Source: Euglena gracilis (lineage: Eukaryota). Taken from it: 64,000 bases of DNA. The position numbers and the translations under genes are program-made. Location of the stretch: positions 27,020,123 through 27,084,122 of the forward strand of contig CP154954.1 in NCBI GenBank assembly GCA_039621445.1, read 5' to 3'. Position 1 is the first letter of the stretch. Every line of letters begins with the position of its first letter. Shown here piece by piece: positions 1-13,039 of the stretch. The notes below the pieces were generated by a model. That model had not been told where the DNA came from. It saw only the letters and a program-made list of their open reading frames with translations, and did not search any database.

Positions 1-760
1 AGGGGTTGTTGTGTTGGAAAATGTTTGGGAATTTGACAGACCTTTCCTCCCCTTCCTGAAGGGAATTGCTTTTGCATTTGGCAACCATGTCCACGACCTT
101 GGCCTTTATTCCATCTTCCCGACTTCTGTGAAAATTGTGTTTTGGCGGCTTGGCGCCGTTGTGGGACTTGCCTTTGGAATCCTGCGGCCTTGTTCTGTCC
201 CATTTTGTTTCATCGGACCCCGTTTCCCAGGTCTTTCTGCCCGTAGCTTAATGGTGGTTCCTTCTTCCTTCTGGTCTTCCTAGCCACTGTGGTCCACAGG
301 CCGTTGCCGTCAAGGGGTGGGGTTTCATGCTGGGATCTGAAGGTGGCATCAGTGGGGGTGGGGAGGCCACGGTTTGCGACACGTTGTCCGCACCTCCAGG
401 TCCTGCAACTGCCGCGGCGACAGCTGCTCCAGGCAGTTCACGTCGACTGAATCATACTAGCTTCTTATCCACTTCATTGTTCACTGAAGTCGAACTTCAA
501 ATTCATGATTGAATTATCAACTGAATTTTGTCAGGTTTGATTCCTTCTGTATACTCTTTTTATGTTGACTTCTCCTGTTGGTTGTTCCTCGTTTGAGATG
601 GAGTTCCTTTCTTCTGGGTGTCGAAGGGAACTTTAAAAATCAGCCAACTCTGGCAAAAAAAAGGCATTAAGCAAGGATTTCTAACCCAGCGCAACAACAC
701 AACCAAAACAACACCGCCTGCAAGCAAGGCATGGCATCACAAAGGAAAAGTGCGGAGCCC
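1..760 (-). mobile_element. DIRS-order retrotransposon remnant, copy D1 (5' gag-like part and terminal repeat; runs off the window)
   Basis: 1-620 resembles 5300-5900, 8500-9100 and 11800-12350 (shared TTCACGTCGACTG...CTTCATTGTTCA block). 640-745 is an imperfect inverted copy of 1880-1985 (ITR-like). Confidence 0.7.
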
Positions 761-912
761 GAGGTCTCAAGGTGCTCCGCGTCTGTGCCGCGGCAAATAA
801 CTCGTCCGTGCGCCACGGTTTCTGCGCCGCGTGGAAAACTTCGCGGTGGCGCACTAAATGAAAGTCTGATGAACACGCAAAGGGCAAGGTACAAACACCA
901 AGTGAGGTAATA

Positions 913-1500
913 CTATGTTTTAAGCTTTTTTGGAGGGTTTGTTTTTGGGAAGGTTGGATTTTTCCCCCTTAGTGCCGCTATTTGTCGGTGTTTGCTCGCT
1001 CCTCGCCCCGGCGGGGCCGATTCCAGGATGGGACCGAGTATTTTTTTCCTTGTAGGGACGGGAGGGCTAACTTGTGTTTCTGCTACGCCCTTGGTGTCTC
1101 TTCCTCCCCTCTCAGTCTGCCGCAGGAAAGTGCGAGACACCTCGGGCTCGGAACTGCCTCCGAAAGCGAAAGGAAGACAACTGCGCCCCCCCACCCCGGG
1201 GAGGTCGGATCCACAAATGATTTTTGTGGAGAAGCGTGCCCCAAGTTTGATTGGGCATCCAACTGATAGTGGGAAGAAAAGGCCCCCACACTTTTCGACC
1301 GAGCAACCTCAAAAGCGTTTTTGGAGCTCAAACACAGTTGTTTCGTCATCTTCGTCCCCGCCCTCGTGGAAGAGTGTGGTTTCCCAAATATTGGAATCAA
1401 CCCCAAAAAAGTACAAGGCTTTGCTTTATGTCAATGGTGCTCTGCTTTCTGCCTTAATACCGCTGAAGCAGGGTTGTAAGGTCAAATCGTTCAGTTTGTA
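913..1500 (-). pseudogene. Tyrosine recombinase C-terminal remnant of a DIRS-order element
   Basis: ORF 1083-1406 (-) reads KPHSSTRAG...EVARSKSVGAFSSHY, a degenerate YR H-x-x-R...(W)...Y catalytic region. It is followed by the SEPEVSRT...GGRDT tail shared with the other copies. Confidence 0.6.
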
Positions 1501-1839
1501 AACACCGCAGCCGCCTTCGCCACGAGGTTTGCAACTAATTTCTTTAGGGCCTCAAAAGGGTACACGCGGTCTCCCGCGACAGAAAAATACCGTCGGAAAT
1601 GTTCTGCAGCTCCGGTGTATCAACTCTTGTGATGAATTTGGCCAGCAGTTCTTCCGCCATAGGGAAATTAGGATCATTCCAACTCAGGGAAAGGGGGGAA
1701 AAGTTTTACCTTCCCAAAAAAAACATTCAACTTCAAGAAGCCGGCAAACAAAGCCCGACGGCACGTAGGGGAAGTGAGAAGCCTGGTGGATCCTTGATTT
1801 ACTCCTGTTTTAGGGGAACCCCTAATCTCTGGAGAAAAA

Positions 1840-4800
1840 AGGACAAGGAAGAAAGGGACACTGAGGGCGAAGCACAAAGTCCTTGTGAGGCCACGCCCTG
1901 TTCGCCGGCGGCGTTTTTTTGGATTGTTTTGGTGCGCTGGGTTAGGAGTCCCTGCTTAGCGCTGCCTCACCGGAGCTGGCTGACGATGCTGCTTCAACGT
2001 GGCGACGTGGATTCTTGCCCCTGGGGGTGGACCCCTCCTCTGCCCCCCATGGTCCCCATTTTCTGCTGCTCTTGAAGACAAACTTTGTTATACGGGTTGG
2101 GGGGGGGCGGGCTCACAGGGTCTTTGTGCCTCGCCCTCGGTATCCTTTCGTCTTTTGTCATTTTTAGTCGAGGGAGTACGACGCACCTCGGGATCCGCAC
2201 TTTGCCCTTGTGAGGCCTGATTGTGCACTGAAATTCGGGGGTCCAGGGCATTTTCTAAAACGCTTTGGGATCCACGTCATTGGTAACGGGCTGTAAAAGC
2301 CTCCACCCCCCTCCACTGGCCAATTTCATGACACTTTCAGGGCAGAATGGCGCCAATTTTGTTGCGTAAACCAACTTTTGCCCCTCTGGTGGAGTGTGCC
2401 CGGGGGATACCTCATATTTAGCGCAAAACTCCTTTGTGATTGAAGAGAGCCTTGCCCCACACACTTGTGGTTCATTTTACTCTCTCTAAGTCTGAAGATC
2501 TGTATAAACAGAGGACTCGTGAGGACAAAAACGCGTTTTGTATGCAATGTACATATATCAGCTGTAAAAGGGGCTTGGGCCAGCCCCAGGAGGATTGGGA
2601 GGGGAAAGTAGAATGTCCCATATTTTTCAAGGTTTTGGTTCCAAAGTGTTTTGTATGGGAAATAAATGTATTAAGGCGTCAACCACCTTATCTGTTGTGG
2701 CTTGAGGGGGGGTACCCCCAGATCTTCCAAAATGACCGGAAGGAGTGCAAACGCATTTTGATAAAGTCTCAAGCTCGGATTTCTCCCCAGGAAATCGTCA
2801 ACGGTTTTATTGGTTATTTGTTTTCTCCACAATATTTTCCTAAGCAAATCATGCAAAGGAGTGGCCACCTGGTGGGTGGCATTGGTTCACCCCTGCAACT
2901 GGTAAAAACATGACCTTGTAGGGGGTGATTTTCAGGAAGGTGGTTCCCGGTATTTTCATCTTTTTTAATTGGGCCACGACGTGGATAAATCCCAAAGGGG
3001 GTGACCATACAAAATTTGGTCTGGGAAGGCATCTTCAATCTCACCAAGAGGAGGTTTGCATCCACCCCACGTTATCCAGTGGACATTGCAGGGCATCCAC
3101 TCCTGTGATCTACCAGTGGGGCCATCTGGCTACAAAATTCGGCAGTTCTTTGTTGCCTGGGGAGGCAAAAAAATCCGTTTCCAAACTTACGAAATCTTTG
3201 AACTGTCACCATAGCCACCCAAAGAGCTGGGGGTCCCGTGAGTAATCCCCCGTGTCTGCCTCCCACCTGCTAATGAGGTCTGCTAAGCATTCTTGTGAAG
3301 GAACACATTTTACTTCTTCAATTTGTTCCATGCAAAATTTGCAAACTCACAATCATCAGAAGGCTGTTGACAGGGTCTTTTCTACCTCCCCCCATTATGT
3401 CAGGTAATAATAAATTTTACCTGATTGTCCACTGAAAAGGATACCGTTTTCACCGGACTGCTTAGACTTTTTACTGTGCTGATGGCTGCACGCAATTCTT
3501 TTACATAGATATGTAAAATGGAGCTCTCTCTCCAAAACTTCTGCACAATTTCTCCAGTACGAATGTACAGCCTGCCCCAGGCTTGGGTGCTGATGTCTGA
3601 GTGTAACAACCTTGTTGCATTGTGGGTGAATGGCCTCCTCCCGCAGGTGTCCAGCAGATTTTTAACTACTTTCCCAAGTGGGCTTTTATGTCCTGTGAAA
3701 TGGAATGCTTTGAGTCAGACGGTGCTGCAGACTTTTTGACCAAAAATATTGTTAGGGAATCTGTGAAAGCGCTTAGGAAGGGCAGGGGCATGTGGTTGCA
3801 TCTAATTGGGACCAAAGTATTAACAAACTGCCTTTTCGAAATGAAATATTTTTTCACAATTTCCCCAGGTTTGTTTCTTATTGTTTTCACGTTTTGGGAA
3901 GAATTTCATAATTTTCCATCCTGCAAATTTAACTGGAAGCCCAAATGTTTTACAACTTGTGTGGGCTGTAGGGTTGACGGTTTGACATTTATTTTGAACC
4001 CCGAATGGATTAGGTCTCTGAAACCCCGTTCAAGTGTTTTTGCAGTGCATTTTTTTGTAGGGGGCCACCGCAAAAATGTCGTCCAAAAGGAAAAGGAAAA
4101 CCTGGATTCATTTTGTAGTCCAACGTTTTTTGAATGTCTTCATGACTGACATAAAAATTTTGGGCATCACATTTGCCCGCCCACTTGATGCCTTAAAAAG
4201 AGCTTTATGGCCGGGTTAACTGGAATGTGATAGCATGCGTCTTTTAAGTGTATTTTGCCTCCCAGTGGCCGTTCTCCAAAACATTCAAAATTTTTTTGAA
4301 GGTGATCAAATTTGAAGGCTTTCAAAGGAAAATTGTGTTTTTTTTTACCTACAGTCGCTTGTGAACTGCCACTTCGCTTGCTCCCCTTCCGGTTTTGATA
4401 CCAGGAACCAGGTAACTACATGTTTGGTTACTGAAGCCTGAACTATCTTTATGGACCCAGTTTTTTCGTAGTCCAAAGTTATTTTTTTCCGCCTGGTTCA
4501 GGTTTCAGGTTGGCTTTAGTTTTCGGATGTCTGTATAATTTTGGATGTTTCACCCAAAGGGGGGTGAAGGCCATCATTTATGAGTTGGAGGCTGCTCCGG
4601 TGGCAGTTTTCAGCCACCATTTCAGCCTTTTTGCAGTCCCTGGTCCAAGGGGTGTCCCCCCACTTTTTCGAAATGTAATTTATATCCCTGAACTGAATAT
4701 TCTCAGGGAAACGGGTTTGGGTTGTGGGACATTTCACAACCCTCGTTTTCCATGGGTTTTTGATGGTTTCCTGAATGTAATCGATGGGAGGGGATTCACC

Positions 4801-5960
4801 CTCTCTCTCACAGCCCCTCTGGTCCTCCATCGTTTTATGTGGCTTGTCTGCTTACGTACTATAGAGAGGCCCTTCAGTGTGCGCCCCTTGATTTGTCATT
4901 CCTTGGGAATAAATAATTGATCTGGGTGGCTGACCCCCTTGTCCTCCTGTGCCCTCTCTGAGGCATCTTTCTGCGGCTGCCAGAATTGATTCGTAAAATA
5001 GGGGTGGCTCCTTAGCTTCTGGGGGGCCAATTCTGGACCACCCCTTAGGCCCCCATGGCCCTGTGAGTTCTGGCCACTTGGTCCTGAAGATGATTGCCTC
5101 CACGGCCTTGCACTTTTTGACATCCATGGCCGTTCAAAAGAAATTTTTTTGGATTCTGACCTCATTGGCCATGATCTCACCTCCCTGGGCCTGGGATTGA
5201 CGTTGGTCTTCAGATATACTTGAATGAAATCTGGCGGGCTGCTGTGCCCCCACCTCTTCCCCTTGGGAGTGGTAGTTGTGTTAGAAGGTTTTGGGTGATT
5301 TGGCGCACCTTTTCATCCCCTTTCTGAAGGGAAATGCTTTTAGGATTGGCCACGATGGCCTCCACCTTGGCCTTGATTCCATCTTCTCCTCTTCTGTTCG
5401 AAGTCTGTTCTGCCGTTTGGGCGGATGTGTGGAAAATGTCTTTGGAATCCTGTGGTATGCTCTTGTCCCATCTTCCTTCATTGGGCACAAATTCCCCGGC
5501 GTTTCTGGTTGGCTGGAGGTTACTACTTCCTTCTGGTCTTTCTGATGTTTCTGACCACTGTGGTCAACAGGCCTTGGCCGTCACTGGCTGCGGTTTTCTG
5601 CTGGGGAATCTTTGAAACTCGGATCTGGGGTTAGGGGCTGCCACGGTTCGCCACATGTCATCTGCACCTCCAGGTCCTCTGGCTGCCGCGGCGACAGCTG
5701 CTCCAGGTAGTTCACGTCGACTGCATAATTGCAGCTTCTTATAGATCTTCATTGTTCATTGCAGTCGAAATTGAAATTAATTATGACGTGCAAATTGTAA
5801 TTGTATCTGGTCCGTGTACTTCTGAATATTCCCTTCACATTGACGTCTCCTTTGGTTCTCCTTTGTTTGAAACACAGTTCCTTTCTTCTGGGTTATCGAA
5901 GGGCTTTTTAAGACTTAGCTAACCCCCGGCGAAAAAAAGTCACGAAAAGGGTACACCTAA
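1840..5960 (-). mobile_element. Decayed DIRS-order retrotransposon, copy D2 (gag-like, RT, RNase H, Dam-like MTase, YR)
   Basis: Minus-strand fragments in DIRS order: gag-like ~5750-4520, RT ~4450-3700, RNase H HSDISTQAWG...HIYVKELRAAIST...SVDNQ (3400-3609), MTase remnant ~2900-3270, YR remnant ~2000-2870. Many stops and frameshifts. Confidence 0.8.
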
Positions 5961-8900
5961 CCCGGGGCAGCGAACAATCACACTGCACTGCCGTCTTGCC
6001 GGAGTTGGCTGACGATTCTGCTCCGACATGGCGACATGGCTTCTTGCCCCTGGGGGGGTCCCCCCCACGCCCCCCTGGCTCCCTTATCCTGCATCCCGAT
6101 TGCTTTCGAAGACAAATTTTCTTTTAGGGGTGGGGAGCTTGGGCTCACAGGGCCTTTTGTGCTTCGCCCTCGGTGTCCCTTCCTCCCTTGTCGTTTTTCC
6201 TCGAGGGAGTATGAGACACCTCTGGTTCCGCACTTTTGCCTTTTGAGGCCTGATTGTGCACTGAAATTAGGGCTGCCAGGGCACTTTCTAAAACGCTTTG
6301 GGCACCAAGTCGTTGATAACACCCTCCACAGGCCAATTTCACAAACTTCTTGGACAGAAAGGTGCAATCTTTTGAGTAAACCAACTCCTGCCCCTCTTGT
6401 GGAATCGGCCCCCCAATCCGGGTGGTACCCCATTCTGGCCTATTTTTTTTGGTTTTTGAAGCAATTGTGTCAGCACTTATGGGATCACAAGCGGGTTTTG
6501 GTGGGTGGAGCCTATTTGAAAGTATTTGAAAGTATCGGAAGGCTGTTGACAGGGCCTTCTCTACCTCCCCCCATTATGTCAGGTAGTTATAAATTTTATC
6601 TGATTGTCCACTGAAAAGGATACCGTTTTCACCGGACTGCTTAGACGTTTCACTGTGCTGATGGCCGCACGCAATTCTTTTACATTGACGTGTAGATTTT
6701 CCCTCAAAAACTCCTGGACAATTTCTCCAGTACGAATGCACAGCCTGCCCCAGGCATGGGTGCTGATGTCTGAGTGCAACAACTTTGTTGTATTGTGGGT
6801 GAATGGCCTCCTCCCGCAGGTGTCCAGCAGATTTGTAACTACTTTCCCAATTGGGCTTTTATGTCCTGTGAAATGGAATGCTTTGAGTCCCATTTTGCTG
6901 CAGATTTTTTGACCAAAAATATTGTTAGTGAGTCTGTGAAAGCGCTTAGGAAGGGCAGGGGCACGAGGTTGTATCTAATTGGGCCCAAAGTATTAACAAA
7001 CTGCCTTTTCGAAATGAAATATTTTTTCACAATTTCCCCAGGTTTGTTTTTTTGTTGTTTTCACCTTTTGGGAGGAATTTGAAATTTTCCCTCCTGCAAA
7101 TTTAGCTTGAAACCCACATGTTTTACAACTTGTGTGGGCTGCAGGGTTGATGGTTTGACATTTATTTTGAACCCCGAATCGATTATGTCTCTGACAACCC
7201 CGTTCAAGTGTTTTTGCCCTGCATTTTTGATAGCAGGCTACCACAAAAATGTCGTCCGGGTAAAAGAAAAACTCGATTCATTTTGTAGTCCAACGCTTTT
7301 CGAATGTCTTCACGACTGACGTAAAATGTTTGGGTATCATATTTAGGCAGAAACAGCTCGCCTGCAATTCCCAGTTTTGCCCGCCCACGTCATGCAAGAA
7401 AGGTGTTTAGGACCGGGTTAACAGCAAGGTGATAATAGACGTCTTTTAAGCCTATTTTGCCTCCCAGTGGCCTTTCGTCAAAACGTTCAAATATGTTTTG
7501 AAGGTGATCAAATTTGAAGGCTTTCACAGGAAAATTGTGGTTTATTTCCCTGCAGACCATTGTGAACCGCCACTTCTTTTTTTGCCGTTCTGGTTTTGAT
7601 ATCAGGAACCAGTGAATTACACGTTTGGTTACGAAATAGTGAACTATCTTTATGGACCCACTTTTTTCATAGTCCAACTTTTTTGTTTCTCGCCTGGTTC
7701 AGGTTCAGGTTGGCTTTGGTTTCCGGATGTCTGAATATTTTTCGTGGTTTGACCCAAGGGGGTGAATGCTATCATTTTTGAGTTCGAGGCCGCTCCGGCG
7801 GCAGTTTTCAGCCACCATTTTAGACTTTTTGCAGTCCCTGGTCCAAGGGGGTGTCCCCCCACTTTTTCCAAATGTAATTTATATCCCTGATCAAAATATT
7901 CTCAGGGAAATGGGTTGGGGTTGTGGGACATTTCGCAACCCTCGTTTTCCCTGGGGTTTTGATGGTTTCCTGAATGTAATCGATGGGAGGGGATTCACAC
8001 TCTCTCTCACAGACCCTCTGGTCCTCCATCTTTTTATGCGGTTTGTCTGCTTACATGCTATAGAGGGGCCCTTCACGGTGCCCCCCTTGATTTCTCCTTC
8101 CTTGGGAATAAATAATTGATCTGGGTGGCTGACCCCCTTGTCCTCCCGTGCCTTCTCTGGGGCATCTTTCTGCGGCTGCCGGAATGGATTGATAAAATAG
8201 GGGTGGCACCTTAGCTTCTGGGTGGCCAATTCTGGACCACCCCTTTGGCCCCCATGGCCCTGTGAGTTTTGGCCACTTGGTCCTGAAGATGATGGCCTCC
8301 ACGGCCTTGCACTTTTTGACATCCATGGCCGTTCAAAAGAATTTTTTTTGGATTCTGACATCATTGGCCATGATCTCTCCTCCCTGGGGCTGAGATTTAC
8401 TGACGTTGGTCTTCAGATATACTTGAATGAAATCTGGCGGGCTGCTGTGCCACCGCCTCTTCCCCTTGGGAGTGGTAGTTGTGTTAGAAGGTTTTGGGTC
8501 ATTGGGCGCACCTTTTCATCCCCTTCCTGAAGGGAAATGCTTTTGGGATTGGCCACGATGGCCTCCACCTTGGCCTTGATTCCATCTTCTCCTCTTCTGT
8601 TCGAAGTCTGTTCTGTCGTCTGGGCGCCATTGTGGACAATGTCTTTGGAATCCTGTGGTGTGCTTTTGTCCCATCTTCCTTCATTGGACACAAGTTCCCA
8701 GCGTTTCTGCTGGGCTTGAGGTTACCTCTTCCTTCTAGTCTTTTTGATCTTTCTGACCACTGTGGTCAACAGGCCGTGGCCGTCACTGGCTGGGGTTTTC
8801 TGCTGGGGAATCTCTGAAACTCGGATCTGGGGTTAAGAGCGGCCACGGTTCGCCACATGTCGTCTGAACCTCCAGGTCTTCCGTCTGCCGCGGCGACAGC

Positions 8901-9165
8901 TGCTCCAGGTAGTTCACGTCGACTGCATAATTGCAGCTTCTTATAGATCTTCATTGTTCATTCCAGTCGAAATTGAAATTAATTATTGACTTGTAAATGG
9001 AGATGTGTCTGGTCCGTGTAGATCTGAATATTCCCTTCACATTGACTTCTCCTTTGGTTTTCCTTTGTTTGAAACTCAATTCCTTTCTTCTGGGTTGTCG
9101 AAAAGCTATTTAAGATTTAGCTAACCCCTGGCAAAAAAGGGAATCAAAAGGGTACACCTAACCCG
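5960..9165 (-). mobile_element. Decayed DIRS-order retrotransposon, copy D3 (internal deletion of MTase and most of YR)
   Basis: RT motif WFLISKPE...KWRF...FKFDHLQ...LKDVYYHL (7390-7677), RNase H (6579-6893), YR tail DSTRGAGVGLLKRL...VCEIGLW (5978-6433). RNase H is joined to the YR tail at ~6510-6540. Confidence 0.8.
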
Positions 9166-12100
9166 GGGCAGCGAACAATCACACTGCACTGCCGTCTCGC
9201 CGGAGTTGGCTGACGATTCTGCCCCGACATGGCGACATGGCTTCTTGCCCCTGGGGGGGTCCCCACCACGTCCTCCTGGCCCCCTTATCCTGCATCCCGA
9301 TTGCTTTCGAAGACAAATTTTCTTTTAGGGGTTGGAAGTTGGGTTCACAGGGCCTTTTGTGCTTCGCCCTCGGTGTCCCTTCCTCCCTTGTCGTTTTTCC
9401 TCGAGGGAGTATGAGACACCTCTGGTTCCGCACTTTTGCCTTTTGAGGCCTGATTGTGCACTGAAATTAGGGCTTCCAGGGCACTTTCTAAAACGCTTTG
9501 GGCACCAAGTCGTTGATAACACCCTCCACAGGCCAATTTCACAATCTTCTTGGACAGAATGGTGCAATCTTTTGAGTAAACCAACTGCTGGCCCTCTTCT
9601 GGAATAGGCACCCCAATCCTGGGAGGGGGGGTACCACATTCTGGCCTAATGTTTTTGTTTTTTGAAGCAATTCGGCCAGCACTTATGGGATCATAAGCGG
9701 GTTTTAGTTGGTGGTGCACGGGACCTCCCGGTAAAACGAATGTGCGAGTCAAAACCCCATAGGACATCGTCAAATGAAACGGGCCGATTTGTGGACATTT
9801 GGTGAATTGCCACAATCTCCCTCCCGCTTGTGGAGTTTTTGGCCCTTACGTTTAATTTTGATAATGGATGACTTTCTCTACACACTGGTTGTACGCTTGA
9901 TTATATCCAGGTCAGATGATCGGTTATCGATATAAACACAGGATTCGTGAACAGAAAAATAAACTGTCAATGTAATGTACATATATCATTCGGGAAAGGT
10001 GCTTGGGCCAGCCCCAAGAGGAATTGGAGGGGATTCAAAGTTCGCCACATATCTCCAAATTTTGGGTCCAAAGTCTTTTGTAAGGTGCTAACACGGAGTG
10101 GAAGCTTAGTCCACTAAACCCAGGAATCGAAGGCATTGCACTATACGCATTACGGGCTTGGGCCTTGGAAAATTGAAACCGTCAGCTAGTTGGTCCGTGG
10201 TAGCTTCAGGTGGGGAAGGGACCCCATTTTCTACAAAAAGACCCAACAAAATAGTGAAAGTAATGTAATGCATTAGGCAGAGATTTCTCCCCAGGAAATC
10301 GTCAATGGTTTTTTACAAATTTGTTTCCCCTCCAATATTTTCCTGGGCAACTCATGTTAGGAGGGGCCACCCGGGAGGTGGAAATTCCTCCCCCCCCTGC
10401 AGTTGGTCAATTTTTTCAAGCAGGCGGTTCCTGGAACTTTCATATTTATCATTTTGTGTCACCACGTGGCTGAATCCCAAAGGGTATGACTATCAACCCT
10501 CTGGTCTGGGGAAACTTCTTCAATCGTGGGAGTATTTTCTTGATCGACCAAAGGTGGTTTGCATAAAGTCCTCCGACGTTATCCAGTGGGCACTGCAGGG
10601 CATCCACTGCTGTGGCCTCCCAGTGGGTCCATCTGGCTACCAAACAGGGTAGTCTTTTGATGTCTGTGGGGGCAAATAAATCTGGTTCTAAATTTTTTAA
10701 ATCTTTGAACTGCCGCCTTAGCCATTGAAATGGCTGTGATCCGGTGAGAAATTCCCCTTGTCTGACTCCCACCAGATTATGGTCTGTGATTCCTGTGAAG
10801 GAACCCATTTCACTAGTAGATTCAATTTTTTTCCATGCCCCATTTGAAAAATGGACTTATAAGGCTATTGAAAGGGTCATTTCTGCCACTTCTTTTTTTC
10901 AGGCAGCAATAAAGTACCCCGCATTGTCCACTGAAAGGGAAATTGTTTCCACTGGACTGCTTATGTGCTGATGGCTGCACGCAATTCTTTTACATTGATA
11001 TGTAAATTGAGGTTTATCTCCAAACTCCTGAATTTTATCTCCAACTTCGAAGACCCATCCCCCCTCCTCAGGCATGGTTCAGGTCCAGGTTGCATCTGGT
11101 GTTCGGATGTGTTGATAATTTTTGGGTTGAACCCAACGGGGTGCAAATATATCTTTTATAAGCTGGCTGGTTGCGGGTGGGGAATTTTTCAGCCACCACT
11201 ATAGATTTTTTCGGAGTCTCTGGTGCAGGGGGGTGTACACCCACTTTTCCTCCATGGAATTTCTACCCAATTGATTTTCTGGGAAATGGATTAAAGTTGT
11301 AGGACATTTCACAGCCCTTCGTGCCCCTGGGATTTGATCTTTCCAGAAGTTTACTTGATTGGGGGGGTGCACGCACTCAACCTCTCCTTCACATGATCCC
11401 GGGTCCTCCATGTTGTCCTTTGTGTTGTGTGACGACGTACCATAGGGGGGCCACTGTGGGTCCCCCTCGTGATTTCCGCTCCCACGGGAATAAACAATTG
11501 ATCTGGGGGGTTGACCGCCTTGTCCTCCTTTGCCACCTCTTGGGCAGCCTCTTGTGGCTGCGGGGATTTTTGATATAAGGTTGGCACCTTTGCTTCTGGG
11601 GAACCATGGTCCTGAAGATACTGGCCGCCATGGCCCTGCAATTTCTTGGTCTGCATGGCCGTGTAAATGAAAATGTTTCGAATTCTGGCCTCCATAGTCA
11701 TGATCTCTTCTCCCTGGGGCTGAGCGTGACGTTGGTCTCCACCTCCACTTGAAATCTGTGGTGGCTGGTAGTGCCCCCCTCCCCTCCCCTTGGGAGGGCG
11801 TTGGAAAAAAATTGGGAATTTGACCGACCTTTTCTTCCCCTTCAGGAAGGGAACTTTTTTTTTTAACTTGCCACCGTGTCCACCACCTTTGCCTTGACTC
11901 CATCTGCCCCACTTCTGTGAAAATTGCGATCCGGTGGATTGGTGCCATTGTGGGACTTGCCTTTGGAATCCTGTGGTCTTCTTTGTCCCATTTTGTTTCA
12001 ACGGACCCCGTTGTCCAGGTGTGCCTGTAGTGTGCTGGGGGTTCCTTCTTCCTTCTGGGTTTCCTGGCCACTGTAATACACAGGCCGTGGGAGGGGTTTT

Positions 12101-12360
12101 ATGCTGGAAAATTTCTGAATCTGGATTCTGGGGGGGGGGCCACGGTTCGCCACATGTTGTCCGCACATCCAGGTCCTCCAGCTGCCGCGGCGACAGCCCC
12201 TCCAGGCAGTTCACGTCGACTGCGTAATTGCTTCTTCCTCCACTTCATTGTTCACTGAAGTCGAACTTGAAATTGATGACTACTTTAACAACTGAAATTC
12301 GTCTGGTTCGTTTCTTTCGGGATCTTATTTTGATGTTGACTTCTTATGTTGGTTCTTATG
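9165..12360 (-). mobile_element. Decayed DIRS-order retrotransposon, copy D4 (RT and most of RNase H deleted)
   Basis: gag-like 11199-12214, Dam-like MTase ORF 10449-10808, YR remnant ~9200-10250. Its left junction CACCTAACCCGGGGCAGCGAACAATCACACTGCACTG (~9155) is identical to the one at ~5955. Confidence 0.8.
10449..10808 (-). pseudogene. DIRS-type DNA N6-adenine methyltransferase-like domain remnant
   Basis: PDLFAPTDIKRLPCLVARWTHWEATAVDALQCPLDNVGGLYAN...W...L.RL...GLIVIP matches the DLFA...DA[FL]...Y.NPP pattern of the MT domain typical of DIRS elements. Confidence 0.7.
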
Positions 12361-12397
12361 CGTACCACTCTGCCACGCTGTCGTAAGGACATGGTAC

Positions 12398-12778
12398 TGT
12401 GTACGTAGGATTAAGCATACCGCCAGATATAGCTCTGACCTCCATACACAGTACTATGATAGGTGGTATTCCTAAAGATGGCCAACGGCATGAATTAGGA
12501 ATACATAGCTCCATAGATCAAAACCTTATTCTGGTTCTCCTCTCCGCAGGTGGTATCTTATTATTCTTTTCTTCACTTGATTTCAAGTTTTGACTTGTTC
12601 TTCGAAGTCCTATAGGACAGCCAAATAACTTATAATTATTGGTTGTAGCTTATAGGGCTCTTTCGCCTGCTTTGTGCCCTGCCTCTTAATTGGTGAAAAT
12701 GGCTGTTCGACTTATATTTTTTTTCTGTTACTCCAACTTTTACCTTTTGCGCACCAAAGGGCGAAAACGAGGAAAGGT
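12398..12778 (+). repeat. 5' LTR of element A (degenerate)
   Basis: Starts TGTGTAC like the B and C LTRs. Contains the family motifs TCTCC.CAGGTGGTAT and GCGCACCAA(A)GG(G)CGAAA.CGA. Followed by the PBS-like TGGTAGCAATTTAGG. Confidence 0.65.
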
Positions 12779-13039
12779 TGGTAGCAATTTAGGTTTTTGG
12801 ATCCTTTTGACCAGTGTAGACTCCGGTGAAAAAATGCAGAAACAAGTGTAAAAAGAGGGGATTGTATAAAAAGTAAGCAGAGACCCGAACTCTGAGGTTT
12901 GAAGGGGCGTATACTGCGAACAGTCAGAGTTCGTGTCCGTGCGTACGTCTTTGGCCGGAAACGGCTGGTAGTGCCTCTGATCGACTATAGGCGGGGCACC
13001 ACACCGCCTTTTTCTGGATTTTTGTGCTTTCCTGCAGAA

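Noticed and set aside
1-12360. Numerous 60-190 aa plus-strand ORFs as host genes
   Set aside because: They are antisense shadows of repeated, decayed DIRS coding regions and have no recognisable motifs.
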